Source: an uncultured bacterium (GTDB lineage: Bacteria; Armatimonadota; Hebobacteria; CAIYQO01). Taken from it: a stretch of DNA of 64,000 nt. This document shows positions 18,400 to 28,582 of this stretch, piece by piece. Under the pieces are notes generated by a model. The model did no database searches, had not been told where the DNA came from, and was given only the letters and a program-made list of their open reading frames with translations. A program made the position numbers and the translations under genes. The stretch covers positions 5,680 through 69,679 of the forward strand of contig CAIYQO010000302.1 of NCBI GenBank assembly GCA_903928345.1, written 5' to 3'. Numbering within the stretch: position 1 is the stretch's first letter; every line of letters starts with the position of its first letter.

Positions 18400-18445
18400 C
18401 GTCAACGGGACGGGGCCCCGTTCTACCCCGTCCCGTCAACTCTCC
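18400..18445. terminator. Bidirectional hairpin between convergent dut and thyX.
   Basis: gtcaacgggacgggg...ccccgtcccgtcaac is an imperfect 14-bp stem. Confidence 0.4.
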
Positions 18446-18676
18446 TTGCGGAGGTGCTCCCGTTCTCTGGTTGTCTTCTGCCTGAAGGCGGGCTCTCTGG
18501 TTGCCCGTGCCGATATCTTACGCGTTCCGCGGGGGGCGCGAGGGTCGGAAAACGCACGTCTGTGCAGATTTCACGACACCGCACTGCCCTTTTCCGCAAA
18601 ACCCCCTACCCGGGATAGACGGACTTCCGCTCTCAGCAGACGCCGGCGTTGCCGGTTGTGTGCGCCGACGCACAGG

Positions 18677-19414
18677 CTACCACCCCGGTTGCTTCTTATA
18701 CTCCGCCGCCAACGCACAGCCACCTTCGTGACAGGGCCCCCAGGCGCATTCGGCGCCCATGTTTTCAAAGACCACCGGCACCTGCACCTGTACCAGCGTG
18801 CGGATCGCGCGGAAGAGGGCGCGGATCTCCCATTGCGCACGGCTGCAGAGGCGTTGGCGCGCCATCTCCAGCAATTGACGGGCGTTGACGGTCATCACCA
18901 GCTCCGTCTCGCACGCGTTAGGCAGCAGGAAGCGCGCATCTTCGTTCACCGCTTCCGCGTTGGCCGCCGGGTCGGCGTCGTGGAGCAGTGCCTGCAGCGC
19001 CGCGTAGTTCTCCGTGAGCGTGCCCATCACGTCGCGGTAGCGCGCCAGTGCTTCCGGGCAGGCGCGCACGCGCTCCGGCACCACGAAGCGGAAACCCGCC
19101 TTGTCCACGTAGCGCTGGCTCTGCTGAGCGTATGAAGCGATGCGGTGGCGCACGAGCTGGTGCGAACAGGCGCGTGAGATGCCGCGGATGGCGAAGGTGA
19201 AGGTGAGGTGTTCCAGGATGCCCCAGTGTCCGCGTGCGAGCACCCGGTCGCGCAGCCAGGCGCCCATGTCCGCCTCAGTGTCCAGCGGCGTCACGGCGGG
19301 GTAGCCGTCTTTGCTGTAGCAGATGCGTGCGGCGGCGTAAGCGGGAAAAAGGGTTCCCGTCCAGTGCACCAGTTCGACGTGCAAGGACGTCTCGCGGCTC
19401 GTATCGGCGGTCAT
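18677..19414 (-). CDS. thyX: FAD-dependent thymidylate synthase ThyX.
   Basis: ThyX motif RHRIASYAQQSQRY (RHRxxxxxxxSxR). ~245 aa. Confidence 0.85.
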   Translation of the reverse strand: MTADTSRETSLHVELVHWTGTLFPAYAAARICYSKDGYPAVTPLDTEADMGAWLRDRVLARGHWGILEHLTFTFAIRGISRACSHQLVRHRIASYAQQSQRYVDKAGFRFVVPERVRACPEALARYRDVMGTLTENYAALQALLHDADPAANAEAVNEDARFLLPNACETELVMTVNARQLLEMARQRLCSRAQWEIRALFRAIRTLVQVQVPVVFENMGAECAWGPCHEGGCALAAEYKKQPGW

Positions 19415-19612
19415 GGCGGCTCCCGTGCGCTAAATATGTGGCAGGGACAATTGTAGCACACTAGCAGCGGTCTGCATAGCGGCGGCGAGGAATGGGAAGT
19501 CGTGCGGAGGCTAGCAACACGACTTCGCCCCCCACCACGCAACGACCAACGGCAAACGGGGTGTCTCCACGGAAGGAAACACCCCGAACGCGGGCCGTGC
19601 GTAGCGGGCCGG

Positions 19613-19891
19613 TTACTGGGCGGCGTTGAGTCGCTTCATCAACCGGGACTTGCGGCGGGCGGCGGTATTCTTGTGAATGATCCCCTTGGTCGCGGCGCTG
19701 TCGATTTCCTTCAACGCCAGCTTCACCTTGTCGACACTGGCAGCAGCATCGGTGGTGATCGCGGCGAGCGCCTTGGTGCGCAGCGTCTTGAGCTTGGACT
19801 TGACGGACTGATTCCGCAGACGGTTGCGCTCATGGATCAGCAGATCTTTTTTTGCCGATTTGGTATTGGGCACAGCAGGCTCCTTTGCCAT
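19613..19891 (-). CDS. rpsT: 30S ribosomal protein S20.
   Basis: MAKE...KSAKK...GIIHKNTAARRKSRL matches S20. Confidence 0.8.
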   Translation of the reverse strand: MAKEPAVPNTKSAKKDLLIHERNRLRNQSVKSKLKTLRTKALAAITTDAAASVDKVKLALKEIDSAATKGIIHKNTAARRKSRLMKRLNAAQ

Positions 19892-19918
19892 AGCTCGCGC
19901 TTGCGAGCGGTCGAAAAA

Positions 19919-20317
19919 CTAGCGCTTGGAGAACTGGAAGCCGCGGCGGGCGCGCTTGCGACCGTACTTCTTCCGCTCTTTGACGCGGGCGTCGCGCGTC
20001 AGCATCCCGTATTGACGCAGCAGCTTGCGCAGCGCCTCATCGAATTGCACCAGCGCGCGGGCGATGCCGTGGCGCATCGCGCCGGCTTGCCCGGAGTTGC
20101 CGCCGCCCAGACACTTGACGGTCACGTCGAAGCGGTCGGTTAGATTGGAAATTGCCAACGGGGACATCGCCATGATCTCCAGCGTCGGACGGCACATGTA
20201 CCCGTGCAGGGTCGTGCCATTGACGACGACCTTGCCGGTGCCTTCCCGCAGCCACACCTTAGCGGTGGCGTTTTTTCGATGCCCGGTCCCGTAGAAAAAT
20301 TCGTCAACCAAGGTCAT
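19919..20317 (-). CDS. rpsI: 30S ribosomal protein S9.
   Basis: YYGTGHRKNATAKVWL...KYGRKRARRGFQFSKR is the S9 C-terminus. Confidence 0.9.
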   Translation of the reverse strand: MTLVDEFFYGTGHRKNATAKVWLREGTGKVVVNGTTLHGYMCRPTLEIMAMSPLAISNLTDRFDVTVKCLGGGNSGQAGAMRHGIARALVQFDEALRKLLRQYGMLTRDARVKERKKYGRKRARRGFQFSKR

Positions 20318-20335
20318 GCCTCCTCATCGACAGGG

Positions 20336-20776
20336 CTACTGCCGAAACGACTCCGTGATATTCACCGGCTGTTGCGCCGCATGGGGATGCGTGTCGCCTG
20401 CGTAAATCTTCAGCTTCAGCGCCATCTTGCGGCCGAGTGCGTTCTTCGGCAGCATCCCTTTGATGACGCGGCGCACCGCCTCAGCGGCGTTCTTTTCCAT
20501 TGCGCGGCCCAGGGGTTCGGCCTTCTGCCCGCCGGGATACCGGCTGTGCGTTAAGCGGATCTTCGTTGCCATTTTGTCCGCGGTCACGCGCACTTTGTGG
20601 GCATTGACGATGATGACAAAATCACCGGTGTCCACGTTGGGCGTAAAGATCGGTTTATGCTTGCCGCGCAGCAGGGACGCCACCCGCGCCGACATCCGGC
20701 CCAGCACCAGGTCCGTCGCGTCGACCAGCAGCCAACTGTGGTCAACTTCCTGCGATTTCGCCAGAAAACTCTTCAT
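20336..20776 (-). CDS. rplM: 50S ribosomal protein L13.
   Basis: HSWLLVDATDLVLGRMSARVASLLRGKHKP is the L13 N-terminus. Confidence 0.9.
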   Translation of the reverse strand: MKSFLAKSQEVDHSWLLVDATDLVLGRMSARVASLLRGKHKPIFTPNVDTGDFVIIVNAHKVRVTADKMATKIRLTHSRYPGGQKAEPLGRAMEKNAAEAVRRVIKGMLPKNALGRKMALKLKIYAGDTHPHAAQQPVNITESFRQ

Positions 20777-21557
20777 CGGTTAACTCTCCACCATACACCC
20801 CCAGCGGGGGCGCGTCTCCGATCGGGGGATACCCGATTCGCATCAAACACAGGCCGTGGGGCGGCGCCCCGTAGCCGGCGAGATCGCGGTTGCGCGAGGC
20901 CAGCACTTCCGCCGGCCAGCTCTCGGGCCGCACTCCGCGGCCCACCTGCACCAGGGTGCCCACCAGCAGGCGGACCATGCGGCGCAGAAAGGCGTCTGCC
21001 TGGATATCCAGCAGCACCAGCCCCGGGCGTTGCCGCACCACGAGCCGTTGCAGCGTACGCACCGATCCTCCGAGCGCTTTGCCACCGTGGCAGAAGGCTG
21101 CGAAGTCATGTCGGCCGATCAGCGCCGTAGCGGCCCGTGCCATCGCTTCCGCATCCAACGCCGGCACCTGCCAGCAGAAGCGGCCCCGCAGTGGATCGGA
21201 CCGACGTGTCGGCTGCAGCACGTAGACGTAGCGACGATACCCGGCGGACAGGCGCGCGTGGAACCAGGGTTCCCGCTCTACTGCCGCGCGCAGCCGGATA
21301 CTCGGCGGCAATTCGCGGTTCGTCACCCACGGTACCCGTTCCACCGGAATGGTGCTCGTGGTGCGCAGGCTGATCACCTGTCCCAGCGCATGCACCCCGG
21401 CATCCGTGCGTCCGGCACCGGTCACTGTCGTCGGCTGTCGCAGCACCGTCGTCAGGGCAGTTTCCAACGCGGCCTGGAGCGACGGGTAACGCGACTGTCG
21501 CTGAAATCCCGCCCACTCCGTGCCATCGTACGCGACGGTCACGGCGAGGGTGCGCAT
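20742..21557 (-). CDS. truA: tRNA pseudouridine(38-40) synthase TruA.
   Basis: VAYDGTEWAGFQRQ...GAGRTDAGVHALGQV is the TruA catalytic Asp motif. Its 3' end overlaps the rplM start by ~34 nt. Bacillus-like truA-rplM-rpsI arrangement. Confidence 0.85.
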   Translation of the reverse strand: MRTLAVTVAYDGTEWAGFQRQSRYPSLQAALETALTTVLRQPTTVTGAGRTDAGVHALGQVISLRTTSTIPVERVPWVTNRELPPSIRLRAAVEREPWFHARLSAGYRRYVYVLQPTRRSDPLRGRFCWQVPALDAEAMARAATALIGRHDFAAFCHGGKALGGSVRTLQRLVVRQRPGLVLLDIQADAFLRRMVRLLVGTLVQVGRGVRPESWPAEVLASRNRDLAGYGAPPHGLCLMRIGYPPIGDAPPLGVYGGELTDEEFSGEIAGS

Positions 21558-21560
21558 CGA

Positions 21561-22058
21561 CTAATCCACGAACTCGAGCTTGACCATGGCCGAGGCGTCG
21601 CCGCGGCGCGCACCTCGCGCGGTCAGCTCACCCTTGGTATTCACGTGCGGCTCGCCACCGAGGCGTGTCAGGCGCGTATACCCACCGTTACGCTCTTTGA
21701 ACTGCGGCCCAAGTTCCTCGAACAGGATGCGGATCAGACGCTCGCCACTCGGCGCCATATCCTTGCCCTTCAGGTGTCCCTTATAATCGGGCGCGTCGCC
21801 GTGCACATTCTCGAACTTCTCGCGCGTGGTGATGCGTCGGCCCATCGGGATCCAGCGGCGCGCCAGGCGCCGATTCGTCAGCGTGTCCTCGCGTCCCAGG
21901 GTGATAATGCGCTCGACGATGGGCCGGGCTTCTTTCGCGCGGGTTTCGGTAGTGATGATGCTGCGGTGATCTAGCATCCCCGCCACCAGCGATTTAAGAA
22001 TCGCCAAGCGTTGATCGGTCGGTCGACCGAGTTTTTTCATGCCGGAACGGTGTCTCAT
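21561..22058 (-). CDS. rplQ: 50S ribosomal protein L17.
   Basis: MRHRSGMKKLGRPTDQRLAILKSL matches L17. Confidence 0.9.
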   Translation of the reverse strand: MRHRSGMKKLGRPTDQRLAILKSLVAGMLDHRSIITTETRAKEARPIVERIITLGREDTLTNRRLARRWIPMGRRITTREKFENVHGDAPDYKGHLKGKDMAPSGERLIRILFEELGPQFKERNGGYTRLTRLGGEPHVNTKGELTARGARRGDASAMVKLEFVD

Positions 22059-22114
22059 GATCTATCCCTTTTCCTTCGGCATCCGGGGAGCGGACGCCGC
22101 ACGGTCACCGAGCG

Positions 22115-23131
22115 TCAGTCTTCCTCGGTGTCGCTGCCCGGGACGTATTCCCCGGACTCGCGCAAACTCAGGCTCATCTCCTGCAGCTTGTCCTTCACTT
22201 CGTTGAGGGACTTGCGACCGAAGTTCTTGATCGCCATCAACTCCGATTCGGAGTGCGCGATGAGTTCGCCCACGGTGGAGATGCCCACCTTGCGCAGGCA
22301 GTTGAAGGTGCGCACGGAGAAGTCCAGATCCTTGATCTTCTTCTCCGCCCCCGGCAGCGACGCGGTGATGTCGGTAAAGAGACCGTGCTCTTCCTGCTCA
22401 CCGAAGTCGAAGAAGAGGATCAGATAGCGGTCGAGAATCTTCGCGCTGTCGCTGATCGCCTCCTGCGGACTGATCGTGCCGTTGGTGCGTACTTCCAGCG
22501 TCAGCCGATCGAGGTCGGTGGCGCTGCCCACGCGCGTGGGATCCACGCGGTACGCGACGTGGCGCACCGGCGTGTAGATGGAGTCCATCGGAATGGTGCC
22601 GATGGGCATACGAGTGCGGTCCTGGTGTTCAGCGGCAACGAAGCCGGTGCCGAACTGCACCTCCATTTTTATATCCAGCGTGGCGCTCTCGCCCGACAGG
22701 GAGGCGATGTGGTGGCCGGGATTGGCGATTTCGATGTCGGGCGGCAATTCGATGTCCGCCGCGGTCACTTCGCCGGGGCCTACACGGTAGAGCGTTACTT
22801 CTCGCGGCTCTTCGGTCCCACGGTCATCGCTGCCCGGGAGGATGCGGAAGGCGATCTCCTTCATATTGAGCAGCAGGTCGGTGGTGTCTTCCACCACGCC
22901 GGGGATCGTGCCAAATTCGTGCAATACGCCTTCGATGCGGACAAATTTGAGCGCGGCTCCGGGGATAGAGGAGAGCAACACGCGGCGCAAGGCGGCGCCC
23001 AGCGTGGTCCCATAGCCCCGTTCCAACGGCTCGACCACAAACTTCCCGTACGACGGGTCGCTGCGGTCGTCGATCCGCTCGATTTTCGGCGTCTGATTCG
23101 TCATAACAAACATAATTCGCTCCTGCGACAA
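22115..23131 (-). CDS. rpoA: DNA-directed RNA polymerase subunit alpha.
   Basis: N-terminal dimerisation domain plus C-terminal CTD (VRTFNCLRKVGISTVGELI). Exact start ambiguous (MSQERIMFVMTN). Confidence 0.9.
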   Translation of the reverse strand: MSQERIMFVMTNQTPKIERIDDRSDPSYGKFVVEPLERGYGTTLGAALRRVLLSSIPGAALKFVRIEGVLHEFGTIPGVVEDTTDLLLNMKEIAFRILPGSDDRGTEEPREVTLYRVGPGEVTAADIELPPDIEIANPGHHIASLSGESATLDIKMEVQFGTGFVAAEHQDRTRMPIGTIPMDSIYTPVRHVAYRVDPTRVGSATDLDRLTLEVRTNGTISPQEAISDSAKILDRYLILFFDFGEQEEHGLFTDITASLPGAEKKIKDLDFSVRTFNCLRKVGISTVGELIAHSESELMAIKNFGRKSLNEVKDKLQEMSLSLRESGEYVPGSDTEED

Positions 23132-23159
23132 GGTCGCGCGAGGGGGACACGCATACGAG

Positions 23160-23780
23160 TTAGCGCGAGTAATACTCTACGACGAGCTGCTCGTGCATTT
23201 CCGGGACATCCATTTCGCCGCGGCTCGGGACCGACAGCACCTGGATGCGCTTGCCCTCCGTATCGACGGACAGCCAGCTCGCGGCGCGGCGGACGGTGCC
23301 GCTGTGTGCAAAGACTTCACGGGTCTTCGACTTCGCCTTGACTTCGATGTTCATCCCCGGCTTCACCTGGAAGGACGGCACGTTGACGATGTGCCCGTCG
23401 ACCAGGAAGTGGCGGTGGGTGATGAGCTGGCGAGCCTCCGCGCGGGAGGACACCAACCCGGAGCGGAAGACCACGTTATCGAGCCGCAGTTCCAGTCCTT
23501 GCAACATCGCTTCACCGGTCACGCCGCGGCTGCGCGTCGCTTCGGTGTAGTAGCGCCGGAACTGCTTTTCATACACGCCGTAGAAACGACGCGTCTTCTG
23601 CTTTTCACGCAGCTGCAGGCCGTAGTCGGATACCTTCTTGCGTCCCTGGCCGTGCTGACCCGGGGGATACGCGCGATCTTCCATCGGGCACTTGGGTCCC
23701 AGGCAGCGCGCGCCCTTCAAAAAGAGTTTCAAAGCCTCCCGGCGGCAGAGTTTGCACACCGGACCGGTATAACGTCCCAT
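23160..23780 (-). CDS. rpsD: 30S ribosomal protein S4.
   Basis: MGRYTGPVCKLCRREALKLFLKGARC matches S4. Confidence 0.9.
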   Translation of the reverse strand: MGRYTGPVCKLCRREALKLFLKGARCLGPKCPMEDRAYPPGQHGQGRKKVSDYGLQLREKQKTRRFYGVYEKQFRRYYTEATRSRGVTGEAMLQGLELRLDNVVFRSGLVSSRAEARQLITHRHFLVDGHIVNVPSFQVKPGMNIEVKAKSKTREVFAHSGTVRRAASWLSVDTEGKRIQVLSVPSRGEMDVPEMHEQLVVEYYSR

Positions 23781-23801
23781 GGGTGGTTCTCCTTGCTGTA
23801 C

Positions 23802-24191
23802 TTACACGCGACGGCGTTTCGGCGGGCGGCAGCCGTTATGCGGCACCGCGGTGACATCCTTGATGGACACCACCTGCACTCCGGCCGCGCCGATGGCGCG
23901 AATGGCGGTCTCGCGGCCGCTGCCCGGGCCGTTCACGAAGACGTTGATACGGCGCATCCCCTGATCCGCCGCGCGACGCGTGGCGTTTTCTGCGGCGAGT
24001 TGCGCCGCGAACGGGGTACCTTTCTTCGTGCCCTTGAAGCCGACGGACCCGGAACTCGCCCAGGTCACCACATCGCCGTTCAAGTCGGTCACCGTCACGA
24101 TCGTATTGTTGAAGGTGGACTGGATGTAGGCATTCCCTTCCACCACGGCGCGTTTTTCACGCTTCTTAGTCTTGCTGACTTTACGAGCCAT
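23802..24191 (-). CDS. rpsK: 30S ribosomal protein S11.
   Basis: [24 protein letters not shown] matches S11. Confidence 0.9.
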   Translation of the reverse strand: MARKVSKTKKREKRAVVEGNAYIQSTFNNTIVTVTDLNGDVVTWASSGSVGFKGTKKGTPFAAQLAAENATRRAADQGMRRINVFVNGPGSGRETAIRAIGAAGVQVVSIKDVTAVPHNGCRPPKRRRV

Positions 24192-24224
24192 CGATTTCCT
24201 CCGCGGCGCTACGCGCCCGTCACG

Positions 24225-24605
24225 TTACTTCTTCGCCGCTTTTTTCTTCCCGGCGATGGTGCGCTTCGGCCCTTTGCGGGTGCGCGCATTGGTGCGGGTG
24301 CGCTGACCGCGACACGGCAAACCGCGGCGATGGCGCAGGCCGCGATAGCAGCCAATCTCGATCAAGCGCTTGATGCTGGCGCTCACCTGGCGGCGCAGAT
24401 CGCCCTCCACGGTGTATTGGCGCTCGATCACTTCGCGCAGACGGGCAATTTCTTCTTCCGTCAGGTCGCGCACCCGGGTAGCCGGGCTGATGCCGCTCTC
24501 TTCCAGGATGAGCTGACTGGACGGCAGCCCGATCCCGTAAATATACGTGAGCGCGATCTCGACTCGTTTGTCTCGGGGCAAATCGACGCCCGCAATTCTG
24601 GCCAT
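24225..24605 (-). CDS. rpsM: 30S ribosomal protein S13.
   Basis: [26 protein letters not shown] matches S13. Confidence 0.9.
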   Translation of the reverse strand: MARIAGVDLPRDKRVEIALTYIYGIGLPSSQLILEESGISPATRVRDLTEEEIARLREVIERQYTVEGDLRRQVSASIKRLIEIGCYRGLRHRRGLPCRGQRTRTNARTRKGPKRTIAGKKKAAKK

Positions 24606-24627
24606 GCGTTACTCCTCTATCTCGCCG

Positions 24628-24741
24628 TTACCCCTGCACCTGCTTGTGCTTGGGGGTCACGCAAATGACGCGCACCTTGCCTTCGCGTCGAATGATCTTG
24701 CACTTATCGCAGATCCGTTTCACCGATGCCCGTACTTTCAT
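24628..24741 (-). CDS. rpmJ: 50S ribosomal protein L36.
   Basis: Not in the ORF track (<60 aa). Manual translation of the minus strand gives [37 protein letters not shown]. Confidence 0.85.
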   Translation of the reverse strand: MKVRASVKRICDKCKIIRREGKVRVICVTPKHKQVQG

Positions 24742-24753
24742 CGTCCCTCTCCG

Positions 24754-25008
24754 TTACTTGTAGCGATATACGATGCGGCCGCGCGTCAAATCGTACGGCG
24801 ACAGCTCCATCTTCACCCGGTCGCCCGGAAGGATGCGGATGAAATTCAACCGAATCTTCCCCGACACCGTGGCCAGCACGATCGTCGGCTTGCCGTCCGG
24901 CCCGGGCATGCTGTCCACCCGTACGCGGAAGGTCGCGTTCGGCAGCGCTTCCGCTACCACGCCTTCCATTTCGATGACATTCTCTTTGGCCACTCGTCGC
25001 TCCCCCAC
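24754..25008 (-). CDS. infA: Translation initiation factor IF-1.
   Basis: [12 protein letters not shown]...[17 protein letters not shown] is the IF-1 S1-like fold. True start may be the GTG at 24993 (VAKENV). Confidence 0.85.
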   Translation of the reverse strand: MGERRVAKENVIEMEGVVAEALPNATFRVRVDSMPGPDGKPTIVLATVSGKIRLNFIRILPGDRVKMELSPYDLTRGRIVYRYK

Positions 25009-25014
25009 CGTCGC

Positions 25015-25791
25015 TCACCGCAACAGCGTAATGATCTCCGGCCCCTCGGGCTGGATGAGCACCGTGTGCTCGAAATGGACCGAAAGCGACCCGTCCAGCG
25101 TGACAAAGGTCCAGCCGTCGTTCAAAATGCGCACCCCGGCGCCCCCGGCGTTCACCATCGGTTCGATGGCCAGCGCCATCCCGGCGCTCAACACCTGCTC
25201 GCCACCCGGCGCCGGATAGTTCGGCACCTGCGGCGGTTCGTGCATCGACCGGCCCACCCCATGTCCGCACAGGTCGCGCACGACCGTGTAGCCTTGCGCC
25301 TTCGTAAACCCTTCGATCGCGGCGCCGATGTCGCGGATCCGGTTGCCCGGGCGCGCCATGGCGATCCCCGCGGCCAGCGCGCCCTGCCCGGCCTCGAGCA
25401 AGCGCGTTGTTTCGGCACTTACCACGCCCACGGGGAAGGTGAAGGCCCCATCGGCGACCCATCCCTCTACTGTCGCGCCCAGATCGACGCCCAGTATATC
25501 CCCTTCACGCAACGGGCGCGGCCCGGGAATCCCGTGTACCACTTCCTGATTCACCGATAGACACGCCGTCGCCGGATAGCCCTGGTAGCCAAGAAAGGTG
25601 GGCACGGCGCCCAGTCCGCGGATCGTCTGTTCCGCCAGTGCGTCCAGCTCCCCGGTGGTAATCCCGGGGCGCAATGCTTCGCCTACCTTGGCAAGCGCGA
25701 GCGCGACGATGCGCCCGGCCCGCCGCATCGTTGCCTGAGCCCGCGCATCCTTCAGCGGGATCTGCGGCTGGCCGGAGCGATGCCGTGCCAT
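25015..25791 (-). CDS. map: Type I methionine aminopeptidase.
   Basis: Metal-ligand blocks (GDILGVDLG, CGHGVGRSMHE, HFEHTV). Confidence 0.9.
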   Translation of the reverse strand: MARHRSGQPQIPLKDARAQATMRRAGRIVALALAKVGEALRPGITTGELDALAEQTIRGLGAVPTFLGYQGYPATACLSVNQEVVHGIPGPRPLREGDILGVDLGATVEGWVADGAFTFPVGVVSAETTRLLEAGQGALAAGIAMARPGNRIRDIGAAIEGFTKAQGYTVVRDLCGHGVGRSMHEPPQVPNYPAPGGEQVLSAGMALAIEPMVNAGGAGVRILNDGWTFVTLDGSLSVHFEHTVLIQPEGPEIITLLR

Positions 25792-26466
25792 TTAATTTAC
25801 CTCTCCGCAAAGCGCAGTGCGAATCTTTTCGCCGACTTGCGCGACCCCGATCGTCCCGTCGATGACCACCAGCAGCCCGCGCGTCTGGTAGAAGTCGATC
25901 AGCGGTTGCGTCTGCGACTTATATACGGCCAACCGATTCGTAATCGCCTCGATCTGGTCGTCCTTGCGCTGGATGAGCGCGCTGCCGCACACATCGCAGA
26001 TCCCGTCGACCTTCGGCTTCATCGTATCGATATGGTACACTGCATTACAGTTCGGGCACACGCGGCGCCCGGTGAGCCGACGAATGAGTTCAGGATCGGC
26101 CACATCGATGTTTACCACGGCGTTGAGCGTATGCCCAATGCGCTCGAGCATCGCCTGCAGGGCTTCCGCCTGCGCCACGGTGCGCGGGAAGCCGTCCAAC
26201 ACGTACCCCGTCTCCGCGCCCAGCTTGCCCAGCCGCTCTTCCATCATGCGGATGATCAAGTCGTCCGGGACGAGCGCGCCGCTCTCCATGTACCCTTTGG
26301 CTTCGAGTCCGAGGGCAGTGCCTTCACGGACTTCGGCGCGCAGGATATCCCCGGTCGAGATGTGCACCAGGCCCCACTGCTCACGCAGGTAGGAGGCTTG
26401 TGTGCCTTTCCCGGCGCCCGGGGCGCCCAACAGAATCAAATGCATTGTACGGACATCGACGGCCAT
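25792..26466 (-). CDS. adk: Adenylate kinase with zinc-binding lid.
   Basis: GAPGAGKGTQA P-loop. CPNC...CDVC lid. AGGGAG RBS. Confidence 0.9.
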   Translation of the reverse strand: MAVDVRTMHLILLGAPGAGKGTQASYLREQWGLVHISTGDILRAEVREGTALGLEAKGYMESGALVPDDLIIRMMEERLGKLGAETGYVLDGFPRTVAQAEALQAMLERIGHTLNAVVNIDVADPELIRRLTGRRVCPNCNAVYHIDTMKPKVDGICDVCGSALIQRKDDQIEAITNRLAVYKSQTQPLIDFYQTRGLLVVIDGTIGVAQVGEKIRTALCGEVN

Positions 26467-26475
26467 GCAGTCTCC

Positions 26476-27885
26476 CTATTTAATGAACCCCTCGTAATGG
26501 CGCATCACCAGGTGCGCCTCGATCTGTTTCATCGTTTCCAACGCCACCCCCACTACGATGAGCAGCGAAGTGCCGCCCCATAACGGGAAGATGTTCGCGT
26601 TGGCGTCGGGGGGCAGCAGCGACGGGATGATATACGGCAACAACGCGACGATTCCGAGGAAGAGCGCCCCCGCAAAGGTAATGCGGGTGAGCACGTTGTC
26701 GATATACTTCTCCGTCTGTTTGCCCGGGCGCAAGCCCGGCACGAAGCTACCCTGTTTCTTCAAGTTGTCCGAGATATCCTGCACGTTATACACAATCGCT
26801 GTGTAAAAGTACGTAAAGAAGACGACGAGCAGGAAGTAGACCAGACCGCCGATAACCGCCCCCAGGTGCCAGGTATGTGACTTAATGGTCCACGCGAGCA
26901 AGTCGCCGTTATACCCCGGCGAGAGCACTTTCAGCAGTTCGAGTACCTTGACGTTACCGAGCATCAAATTCGCAGCGCTCGTCTTGGCCATGAACTGGGC
27001 AGCCGTGGTCGGCAGCATCACTAGCGAAATGGCGAAGATGATCGGGATCACGCCGGCGGTGGCGATCTTCAACGGCAGGTAGGTGTTCGCCGACGAGAAG
27101 ACCCGCGCCCCGACCACGCGCTTGGCGTGCTGGATGGGGATCTGCCGCGTCGCCTGGTTCACCCAGGTGATGAAGACCACGATGGCCACGAAGATCGCGA
27201 CGATCAGCGCGATGCTGAACAGCGCCGCGATGAGACTCGACTGCGCGTTCTGCCAGGCCAGCGCGAAGATCTTGCCCATCGTGTCGGGCAGGCGGATCAA
27301 AATGCCCGCGAAGATGATCAACGATACGCCGTTGCCGATACCACGGTCGGTGAGCTGCTCACCCATCCACATCAGGAAGGAGGTGCCCGCCGCCATCACG
27401 ATGATGAGCGGCACCATGGAAAAGATCCCGAGCGTACTCTCGTCGATAGCGCCCGCGCTGCGCAGATAGAAGCTGAACCCGGCCGCCTGGAGGAAGGCCA
27501 GCACGACGGTGCCGATGCGTGTGTACATCGACAGGGTCTTGCGCCCGTTCTCCCCCTCTTTTTGCATGCGCTGAATGGAGGGCACCGCGATGCCCAACAA
27601 CTGCATGATGATGGAGGCGTTGATATACGGCACGATGCCCAGCGCCAGGATGGAGAGGCGACGGAAGGCGCCCCCGGACATGATGTCCAGGAAGCCGAAC
27701 ACGCCGGTGCTCGCCAGCTCTTTCATCTTATCAGGGTTCACGAAGGGTGCCGGAATGTGCAGCCCCGCGACGAACATGAGCAACATCGCCCCGATAAAGA
27801 TCAGGCGTTGGCGCAGCTCCGGCACCTGAACGGCCCGGCTCAACCGCGTTAATGACTCTCTCCAGTTGGCGTCATGATTTGCCAC
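26476..27885 (-). CDS. secY: Protein translocase subunit SecY.
   Basis: 469-aa multi-pass membrane protein at the canonical position after rplO. Confidence 0.9.
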   Translation of the reverse strand: MANHDANWRESLTRLSRAVQVPELRQRLIFIGAMLLMFVAGLHIPAPFVNPDKMKELASTGVFGFLDIMSGGAFRRLSILALGIVPYINASIIMQLLGIAVPSIQRMQKEGENGRKTLSMYTRIGTVVLAFLQAAGFSFYLRSAGAIDESTLGIFSMVPLIIVMAAGTSFLMWMGEQLTDRGIGNGVSLIIFAGILIRLPDTMGKIFALAWQNAQSSLIAALFSIALIVAIFVAIVVFITWVNQATRQIPIQHAKRVVGARVFSSANTYLPLKIATAGVIPIIFAISLVMLPTTAAQFMAKTSAANLMLGNVKVLELLKVLSPGYNGDLLAWTIKSHTWHLGAVIGGLVYFLLVVFFTYFYTAIVYNVQDISDNLKKQGSFVPGLRPGKQTEKYIDNVLTRITFAGALFLGIVALLPYIIPSLLPPDANANIFPLWGGTSLLIVVGVALETMKQIEAHLVMRHYEGFIK

Positions 27886-28340
27886 TACAGAACCTCCGTG
27901 CTCCCCCCGGCGGCACTGATTTTACCCGCCGCACTGGAGCTAAAATGATGAGCGTGCACGGTGAGCGGTTTCGTCAGCTCGCCGTCGCCCAGCACCCGCA
28001 ACCCCGTATGAAGGTCGCGGATGACGCGCGTTTTCAGCAGTAGGTCGGGGGTGACCACGGTATTCGCGTCAAAGACGTCGAGTTGACCGACGTTGACGAT
28101 GGCATACTCCTTGCGGAAGATGCCGATGTTCATCGCGTTCTTGCTGATGCCCTTGAGTTTGCGCATCTGGCGTTGCAGCGGGGTCTGTCCGCCCTCGAAC
28201 CCGGGGCGGATATTACCCTTCGAAAGCCGCCCCTTGTGCCCACGGGTGGAAGTCTTTCCATGCCCGGAGCCGGTGCCGCGTCCGATGCGTTTTGCCTTCT
28301 TAAATGCCCCCGCGGGGGCGGACAGTGTCTCGAGTCGCAT
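27885..28340 (-). CDS. rplO: 50S ribosomal protein L15.
   Basis: KRIGRGTGSGHGKTSTRGHKG matches L15. Confidence 0.9.
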   Translation of the reverse strand: MRLETLSAPAGAFKKAKRIGRGTGSGHGKTSTRGHKGRLSKGNIRPGFEGGQTPLQRQMRKLKGISKNAMNIGIFRKEYAIVNVGQLDVFDANTVVTPDLLLKTRVIRDLHTGLRVLGDGELTKPLTVHAHHFSSSAAGKISAAGGSTEVL

Positions 28341-28384
28341 GTCGCTATCCTCACGCCGCGTCGCGGCGAATCGTCGCCCGCAGC

Positions 28385-28582
28385 CTACTCGGCCGCTGCC
28401 TCCAGCACCGCGACCGTCACCAGGTGGCGCACCTTGAGGGCAGCGCCGCGAGTGGACGGATTGTCCGGCAGCACCACCGTATGGTGCAGCTTGCGCAGGC
28501 CGAGAGCCTCCACCGTAGCGCGCTGCTTCGGCGGACAGCCGTTCGGACTATGAATCAGGGTAATGGCCAGTTGACCGCTCAC
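28385..28582 (-). CDS. rpmD: 50S ribosomal protein L30.
   Basis: [27 protein letters not shown] matches L30. Confidence 0.85.
   Translation of the reverse strand: MSGQLAITLIHSPNGCPPKQRATVEALGLRKLHHTVVLPDNPSTRGAALKVRHLVTVAVLEAAAE

Noticed and set aside
22253-24668. Plus-strand ORFs of 362 and 491 aa across rpoA, rpsD and rpsK.
   Set aside because: They lie opposite highly conserved ribosomal and RNAP genes. No plausible products.
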